A stretch of 64,000 nt of DNA from Tubiluchus corallicola (lineage: Eukaryota; Animalia; Priapulida): the NCBI GenBank assembly GCA_030141605.1, contig JAQGDQ010000009.1, forward strand, positions 1,240,001-1,304,000, read 5' to 3'. The notes beneath the pieces were generated by a model, which made no database searches, was not told where the DNA came from, and saw only the letters and a list, made by a program, of their open reading frames with translations. Position numbers and translations under genes: made by a program. Position 1 is the first letter of the stretch; every line of letters starts with the position of its first letter. Shown here piece after piece: positions 55,688 to 64,000 of this stretch.

Positions 55688-58600
55688 TCAGGGTTCATCA
55701 ACATCTAATCCTCTTAGTAATGGACTTCGGACATCAGTGTCGAGTGGTAAATATCCGATGTCTCGGATGGGACGTATTGTTAACTTCCTGTTTCGACGCT
55801 TATTACAAATGTGACGAGCTAGCACAATCACACCGGTTACTACCAACGCACCAGCAAATGCACCTACTGTAAAAAAATAAAAACAAGACATTTTGCAAGT
55901 TATGTAATAAATTCTAACCAAAATACATACAGTAAAATACCCAAAACAATATTCATCTAGAGAGCTATTAATTGCTACATAAGTAAAGTTTGGTATTTGT
56001 CTTACAGGAAAACTACTAAGTTAGAGAAAATATGGATTTTGCATTGTTTTTACTTACCTAGTATTCCTATTAGACCTGAAAATGATTTCAGTTGGAAAGA
56101 TGCAGTACTGGAGGTTTTATAGTTATGATGCAACAGATGCTTAACATTGGCTAGTGAGCCATTATTAGGTCCAGGATTCAAACCTAACACACAAATAATT
56201 ATAAATGAGATGTGTATTACGTAATGATCAGATAATTACATAACTCAAAATTTCGCCTAACTCAAATAAAAAAATTATGGTCCATTTAATAAAAATACAG
56301 GTAATTTACTTTGCCTAACTCAAAAATGCAATTTATAACTCTAGAAAAATAAAAAGTTTCGCACAACTCAAAAACAGTATCATTTTCCGGGAAAATTCTG
56401 ATGTCTTACAAGTCGCCCCCCACATTATTTTTTCCGTCATATTGTTTAACAGTGTTGTGTACATGTCCTTTTATAACATTAAAAAATCGGTTGATTTTCT
56501 GCCTTCTATTTAGCTCGTTGTCTGGAGGAGGGGTTTAGAGTTTCCATGTAGGAAAATGGTTAACATCGTCTAACTCAAAGTTTTTTCCGTCCCATTGGAT
56601 TTGAGATATGCGGAGTCCACCATACAGTAGGCGCCGCTTAATAGACTCACGGTTAATAGACTCAATCGCTTAATTGGCTTAAAAACGCCTGGTATGGGCC
56701 GCTTCTATTCAAATGTACATAAAAACTGTCTGTCATTGACTCAAATAACTCCTAATAATTGACTCAATGTTTTTCCTTCACATGCTTCAATAAGACACTT
56801 TCGTGTGACTAATAAGCTGTTATGACTTTTATATCATCTTAGTTGACTTTTGATCTATGATATACATAGAAACAATCATGTTAAGTACCGTTTTGTTTGT
56901 AAGCAGGAAAGTTTAGCTTACCCTAATTATGATAGCCTAATGGTTTGCTTTGACCTGCTGGTCCACTGCAATTAACCTAATTACCCAAGAATTCCTAGAA
57001 GCTTAACATTTAATCACTTGTCGAGGGGTTTGCTTTTGAAGCTCTGGAGGTCTTTGCCAGAAAGTTTAATCAGTTAGATGTTGTTGTTATGCCAGGGATG
57101 CAGGTACAGTACAGTAAGTACTGTCACAATAGCAAGCAGGAGCTTAGGCGAAACTACTGACAAAGCTACTTTCGGGGCAATATGGGCACCGTCAACAGTT
57201 TAAGCACGACAAGCACTAAGTATTTTACTAGAATTTGTGCATCATACCATAACAGATTTTATACGTTTTTGTCATTTTGAGAACTTTGTGGGTCAACTTC
57301 TTCGTGATAAAATGAAGAAGCCAATTTTGAAGGATTTTTTTAAATTTTTGCAAATAAGTAGACTTGTGTGATTTAAAAAAGTATACTTTTTAATTTATTG
57401 CTAATTCCCTTATATAAATTAATATTTTAAAATATTTTTTTCTAATTTTTAACTGCACAAAGGAATTTAGGCTTTACTCCATTTCTAAAATTCATTAAAA
57501 GCCTTTACAGTGCATAGTAAGCTGCTGACTCATACCTCAAAACCAGTAATACTGTACCCATCGGTTAATAGGTTCAGTCGGTTAATTGGGTCAAAACACT
57601 TCGGTCCCAAAGTGAGTCTATTAAGCGGCACCTACTGTAGTACAAATCGGATTTCTAACTACAGCAAAGTATACAAATAAGTTCTAAAATTATTAGAACA
57701 AGAATTAGAAATTATCACAAATTCATTATTGTGAGTTCAACAGGGATGCTAATTTTTGAAATTTGTGCCAAACACAATATCAAATATACCTAACAATTCA
57801 CACATGAGTGGATAAACATTCACACTGCTGAATGGCTCGGACACAAATCCCTGCTTGAAGGCAGGTCCATGAGCTATGAAGAATGGATGCATGGACATCA
57901 ATCTGTTGTCATAACCATGAGTACCTGTAAGGAGGAATAAATTGCCAGTCGTATAAAAATTGAAAAACTGAAAAAGATGACCTCTGCATCAAACAGTCAG
58001 GTGACTTGCATAAAGCAAGTATTTAAATTTTCAAATGTTTGATGTACTGCCAGAATAGTGCACTTCTAATCTATCAAAAAAATGCACATCAGCGCTATAA
58101 CTAACCATGCTGTGCAGTCTGTTCATCCATTGTAATTAACCAGTTTTCTTCAGCTGTTATGATAAGATCTGAAATTCTGATGTTATGCTTATAGTGAAAG
58201 TATTCGGGCATCTCATTCTTTTTATACACAGTTAGATGGGGTACATCTTTTAACGCATTATAGACGACATCATCAAACCCTGAGAAAATAAACAAGCATT
58301 GTTAGTAACATGTAAACAACATCAAGATACTATTAGTAAAAATATCATTTCACTATTTTTTCATATGTGAAAAGAGCTTAATAGGCATTGATAGGATTGA
58401 TAGGGAAAAAGTTTGCAAGGATTTTCATTCCATACCTTCATTTGGTTGGATGAGTACATTCGGACCACCAAAACCATAACCTTTGTACAAGGATGGATTA
58501 ACAAAATCATTTAAAATAACTGTTCTATCTGGGCTTGTTGTTGCCATTCCATGGTCACTAAAGAAAAAAAAAATTACATTATTGTGACAGGTCATTATGA

Positions 58601-61175
58601 TACAAGCTTATCATATGGACTTAACAAGCAAAGCATATGGATGAGCACAGCACATTTTATGTAAATAGCATGTGGAAGAACTTTTAGCTAAATCCCAAGC
58701 TGTTGAATTTAAATGCCTTTTTCAATTCATAAGTAGAATCACTTGGTATGTTTTTAATCAGCAGTTTATCAATCTGCAAAAACTGAAAATTATTATGGTT
58801 GTTTAACGATTTAAAATTATTTAACGATAAAAGTATAGTATATTAGAAACTAGGAATCAGGTTAGGTCAGTTTTCAATTTGAAAAAAATGTGACGGAAAT
58901 AATGACACCTAACTACTGAAAGAGCTTGATGATAGTAATAGTAGTAATAATAACAACTAGATGTGCGTCGAAGGTTCAGTTCAATTTCAGCATGTATGTC
59001 AAACCGGGCAAATACAGAAGCTTCTGCATTTGGCCTGAAGTTTTTTAACCTTTAGAGTTCATTATAAAAAGATGAAAATATGGTAATTACCCTCGCAAGA
59101 CTTTTATTAATGGCATTATATTCTTAATACATGTATGTGTGGATTCTCAACATTAGTTTTGTTGCAGCCACGAGAATTAAACTTAGCGACAAACAGTCTG
59201 CCTGTCTGTTTAGTTAGTAGCAGTACCACTGACACACACTGTTTCATTATCATAAAAAGACTAATACTCACAAGTGTTATATAAGCAAAAACTGATTTGA
59301 TTTGTACTGGTTTGAAATTAATCATCAGCTGCCTACTGACTCCTGAAAATGACTGACCCAGATTAATATCTTAGTTTAAAACCTGGGCCAACACCTGTTC
59401 TACATAGTATGACAATTTTTATTTACTTAGACCAGTAAAATTTCGTTACTGAGCTGAGGAAATTAAAGCAATTCCAGCATATCTTGCATAAACTGGGTAT
59501 ATGCCACAAATGTAGTGACATTTTAATTAATCAAATGGTAACTCCCATAAGTTACTGTAGAAAATGTCTAAAAAGTAAAAATCAGATTACATCAGACACA
59601 TGTGACATTGTTAACAAAATGTTCATACACAAACAAAACAGTAGGCAAAACCATTTTGAGTGAAGGTAGGTAAGACAGTCTGGTACACACACAACTGACA
59701 GACATTAATCTTTTTCAGGCAATTAATATCTGCCATGCCTTCTCATACTATTATCCTGAACACGATACTTCAAGTCATTTCAACGTCATACTAAGAGCTA
59801 AATGGGCCCCAGCATAGGTGGAGCAAATACATAAATGTTAACTGCTGTCCTAAATCTTAACAGCTTTGCCAAACGTCACAGAAATAATTATAATCTGATT
59901 GGACAGAAGATGACCAAGCCGTTTAAATTTTTATCAAATGGGCGAGACTTTGAACCCTGATTGCAGGGGGAGTAACATTAGGTAGAGCAGAAGGAAGTTT
60001 AATTTTAGAGGCATCCACTTAATCATGTGCAAGTTCTTTTCATTTGTGATTTTTTTCTCTAATAAACTATAAATTCTACTCTCTTAAAGGAAATATATAG
60101 AAAGAGTGCAGATTACTTGAATAATAGCAGACAAAATAAATTAACACACTTTATTTACTTCACAATTAATTCACGACATCGAGGAATGAGGATTTAAATA
60201 ATTGTAACACTGCAATAATCTACTACTCGCAACCCACCTCACTTTCAGCAGTGTTATCCAAAAGTGAGGTGGGCTATGTGTGCCTGTACAACTTAAACAA
60301 TAGCTCTTGCATAAATTAACATCGTTTCCAGAAGATTCGAGTTTAGGAATATAACCTTTGATTCGGTTTAGCCAATTCTTAGATGCACTTCGACTAACTA
60401 TCAGGGTTCATTTAGACTTATTTAGAACTTTGCAATCAACACACCTTGTTATGATTATATTTATTTTATGGAATGCACCAACTTCGGTAAGTTTCTCCAC
60501 AAGATAACCAATGAGATGATCAGCAAGCTGAATCTTCTTTACAACCTCAGGTGAATCAGGGCCAAATTGGTGGCCAGTATGATCTGGTTCATGAAAGTAT
60601 AAAGCACCAAAATTAATTGGCAGTGTTTTGTCAGTCAGCCAGTCAATGAGCAGGTCAACTCTTTCAAAGAAAGGCATCGAACTATTGTAATGAAGATATC
60701 GAAACGGACGAATTCCTTTAATAGGGGTTTCTGAACCAACCCAGAACACGATACCGCTTCGACGTGCTCTACAGTCTGACTCTTGCATTTTTGTTCGATT
60801 ACATATCTGATTTGTGATCCATATTGGTTCAGCACCCACATCAAACCATTCCGATTCAGTCCGTGTTTGAGAAAAAGTATCATTTAATGCAGGGTCATAA
60901 AACGAGTTCCCTACAATCCCATGACTTTCTTCGAATAACCCACTAGCCAAAGTAAAATGATTAGGAAATGTTTTTGTAGCAAAAACGTCTGTCGTCCACT
61001 TTGCTTTGACACCACCGATAATCAGTTTATCGAAATTTGGAGTATCCGTTTTGTTTAAATAGTCGTATCTGAAGCCATCGAAAGACACGATTAAAAGTAA
61101 TGGATGTGTTGATAAAGAGTTTATATAAATTATGAACTCTGACAGTATTAGAAACAACCAAGAAATTTTTTCCAT
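55688..61175 (-). CDS. Ectonucleotide pyrophosphatase/phosphodiesterase, ENPP4/5-like type I membrane protein, 488 aa
   Basis: Exons 60445-61175, 58436-58557, 58106-58279, 57790-57924, 56058-56183, 55688-55866; 1467 nt, in frame. Motifs VSFDGFR, TKTFPNH (catalytic Thr), EPDHTGH, SDHGM and GTHGYDN; signal peptide and C-terminal TM. Confidence 0.95.
56240..56624. mobile_element. Older pogo/Tigger-like MITE remnant
   Basis: Repeated (GCC)TAACTCAAA subterminal motifs and a Tigger-like right end TTTGAGATATGCGGAGTCCACCA-TA. The left TIR is not recognisable. Confidence 0.55.
56625..57637. mobile_element. pogo/Tigger-like MITE (about 1.0 kb) in ENPP intron 4
   Basis: 26-bp TIRs CAGTAGGCGCCGCTTAATAGACTCAC and GTGAGTCTATTAAGCGGCACCTACTG (1 mismatch), TA target duplication, no ORF. 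Confidence 0.93.
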
Positions 61176-61939
61176 TGTGTTTGATTGCCAAACAACAGTA
61201 ACTAATAATTATGCGTCTGACGGTTTACTCATAATCTCACACTAAAATTTTGCCAAGCGCAACTTGACAATTTGTGGATACTAGGGCAACTTTCCTTTCA
61301 AGTCGTGGATAAGAGATGGTTTCATGGACATCTGATTTGCACTGATTTAGCCGTATCGGCTTCGACGTTGTACATTTCCTTTCAAGGGAAATTTTTTAAA
61401 ACATGTATACGGTCACTTTCCACAACTTCAACAATAAAACAAATGTGTTAGACTAAACTGAATTGTCTAAATTTCTATTTTTTGGAAAACGAACAGTTCA
61501 CGATAAGTAACAATCATCAAGTCTCTTTACGCTTAGAGTAAAATAAACAACTGTTAGTTAGTAGTCATAAGCACGAAAACAACAACATCAGTTTATGAAA
61601 TTTGGTGATTAAATTTATGTGGACCAAGTAGATATGACCAAATGTACGTAGAGCTTTGCAGTCATGTTATTCGTAACCACATACATCACATACTTGATGG
61701 AAGTGACTGTACTGATTAATAACTGATCAGATTATTTTATGTTTTTGAATTAATTAGTTTTGCAAGAGAATGCGCAGTTTGTAGTTATGTTATATGACGT
61801 GCTTCAAAAGAAGAAAAATTAACTGTACATGTTCTATTACGACTTTTAGAAAGAGCAAACACCATAAAGACATTGTTAGATTGAAGACAAGTTTCTTACA
61901 TTAATCATCAACTAGCCAAACCCCACAAAAAGAATTTTG

Positions 61940-62590
61940 TGCACAAATCAACACACAACCCACACCACACCACTCCACCTCATCACACCACACTGCACCA
62001 CACAGTACCACCAAACCGCACCACACCACACCATACCACCTACACACCACACCACCCACACCATACCACTCCACCACATCACACCACACTGCAGCACACC
62101 ATACCACTGCACCACCCACACACCACACCACACCATAATACTCCACCACATCACACCGCACAGCACCACACCATAACACCACACTGCACCACACCACCCA
62201 CACCATACCACTCCACCACATCACACCACACCGCACCACACCATACCACTGCAGCACACTGCACCACCCACACACCACACCACCCACACCATAATACTCC
62301 ACCACATCACACCACCCTGCACCACACCATACCACTGCACCACACCACACCACACCACACCACCCACACACCACACCACCTACACCATAATACTCCACCA
62401 CATCACACCGCACTGCATCACACCATAACACCACACCGCACCACAACACCCACCCACACACCACGCCACCCACTCCATACCACACTACCCACACCACACC
62501 CCACACACCCTATCACCCCACCACATCATCCATAGCACAACACACAAAGCACACCACCACCACACCACATCAAATCCACCACCTCACATG
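61940..62590. repeat. Low-complexity (CACCA)n-like repeat
   Basis: Degenerate CACCA/CACAC units with recurring CCATAATACTCCACCACATCACACC blocks. The His/Thr-rich and Val/Trp/Cys-rich ORFs here are by-products of the repeat. Confidence 0.95.
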
Positions 62591-62726
62591 GTGATCATGA
62601 TGTTGATGATGATGATGGTGGCAACGATGACAACACCTATAGCACAAGCACCAACAGCACAGCATTACAACAAAACCATTCCAAACATTTTTCACAAAGT
62701 TGAAACTATGTGCTATAATATAATAA

Positions 62727-63543
62727 ATAGTAAAGGCCCCGCAAAAGATTTTGCGTATAAATACACGTGTAATCAATAATACGCGAACATCCTACCTAGT
62801 CCACATTTATAACACAAAGCCCGTAACATCGTGCCTACTGTTTGTTTAACTAACGCAAAGCCTGTAGCTTTTTGCTGAATTAAAGTTATAAGATTATAGA
62901 CAGAGTACACTGGATGACGTCACAACAATGCCTTTGCGTCAGCTGCTTTCTAAGTGAAAATTGCCGAAAATAGAACTCCTAACTAACTCGTTGACACTCC
63001 TCTCGGTGGAGCTGCCCTAAAATATATCCCACATCATCGTGTAGCCCAGTCCTTCCTCTTTGTAAAGAGCTATATATCTCTTTCCGAGAGTCCAACCAGG
63101 CGCCGCTAGAACGTTTTTCCCGCATGCTGTTTGGTCAAAATTTCGAAAAAATCGCGAGTTGGGTCCGGGAAAACGCCCGTTGCGGGGCGCCCTGGCCCTC
63201 TCGGGAATTCTAAATATGCCTACTACAGCCACCGCTGAACGGGCTATCTATCCATACCCAGCACCCCCTCTCGGCCCGTTCCCGTTCTCTACATCTCAGC
63301 CGTATAACTTTTGCAAAAAACGGCCGAAAAAGGGCCATTTTGGGGGGGTTTTCGCCCCCCGTTCCTCCTGGTGGGCCCGATTCGAAAAATAAACCATCAA
63401 TGAGAAGACACTAGATCGAGACCTTTCGTTTGATATATAGATCGCCGCAAATGGTGCCCTCGTCCGGGCTGTAGCCTCGAATCTTATATAAATAAATAAA
63501 TAAATAAATATATATACCAAGAATATTAATATAAGAGTATAGA
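62727..63543 (-). mobile_element. Non-autonomous Helitron-like element
   Basis: On the minus strand it starts A|TCTATACT, has a (TATT)n microsatellite near the 5' end and a GC-rich core, and ends with hairpin CGCAAAA-TC-TTTTGCG (62740-62755) then CTAT|T (variant of CTRR). No TSD. Confidence 0.7.
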
Positions 63544-63580
63544 TTCCTTTTTTGTTGTTAACACACGTTCTTTTTGGCTT

Positions 63581-63724
63581 GTAAAGTTTAATAGAGACAA
63601 TTTGGCATGACAGGCTGGTTATGCCAAATTATCTTTATTAAACTTCACAAAATAGGTCATTCCAAGCTATTTCTGTTAAACTTTAAAGGGTAGGTTGCTC
63701 CAAACTATCTCTATTAAGCTTTAC
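63581..63724. repeat. Foldback (inverted) repeat
   Basis: 31-bp arms at 63581-63611 and 63618-63648 (4 differences), plus a third inverted arm copy at 63706-63724. Confidence 0.85.
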
Positions 63725-64000
63725 AAAAAAGGTATGTCTTCAAAACTATTTTGTCACTGAAAATGGGACTGAATGACTACTTAATTTTAAATAGCTTTAA
63801 TAACAACAACAAAAATTAATCAACAAATGCTTCATGCCAGAAATGCGTCTTTATGATGATTTTTTTCTTTGGGAGACATAAAATTAATCATATAGAATTG
63901 CAAAATGTAAAATTAAGAAGCAGCACAAAACGATATAATTTACAATTACGTTTACTTATGTAATTCATTTAATGTAACTAAATGAAGGGGACAATGGTTA

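Noticed and set aside
61901-62535. About 200-aa His/Thr/Pro-rich and Val/Trp/Cys-rich ORFs
   Set aside because: They are open only because the CACCA repeat lacks stop codons; there is no coding signature.

Overview
AT-rich, gene-dense eukaryotic genomic DNA, most likely from an invertebrate animal; it is not prokaryotic and contains no CRISPR array. Hand-splicing recovers eight protein-coding genes: a single-exon Ig/TM protein (-), ICE1 (+, 14 coding exons), PCID2 (-, 13), a TMEM272-like gene (-, 1), OSTM1 (+, 6), MEAF6 (-, 5), CMSS1 (+, 8) and an ENPP4/5-like ectonucleotidase (-, 6). Gene names come from my recollection of the human orthologues, not from a database search. The most notable items are: (1) an intact 5S-rRNA-headed SINE with RTE-LINE-derived body and tail and a target-site duplication inside an OSTM1 intron; (2) minor-spliceosome (U12-type) introns in both neighbouring genes ICE1 and PCID2; (3) a GC-AG intron in OSTM1; (4) a very tight head-to-head TMEM272/OSTM1 arrangement with opposing splice acceptors; (5) an 82-bp minisatellite with higher-order structure, pogo/Tigger-like MITEs, a non-autonomous Helitron and LINE relics. 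I cannot show a wholly new biological system from the sequence alone; the 5S-RTE SINE is the best novelty candidate.
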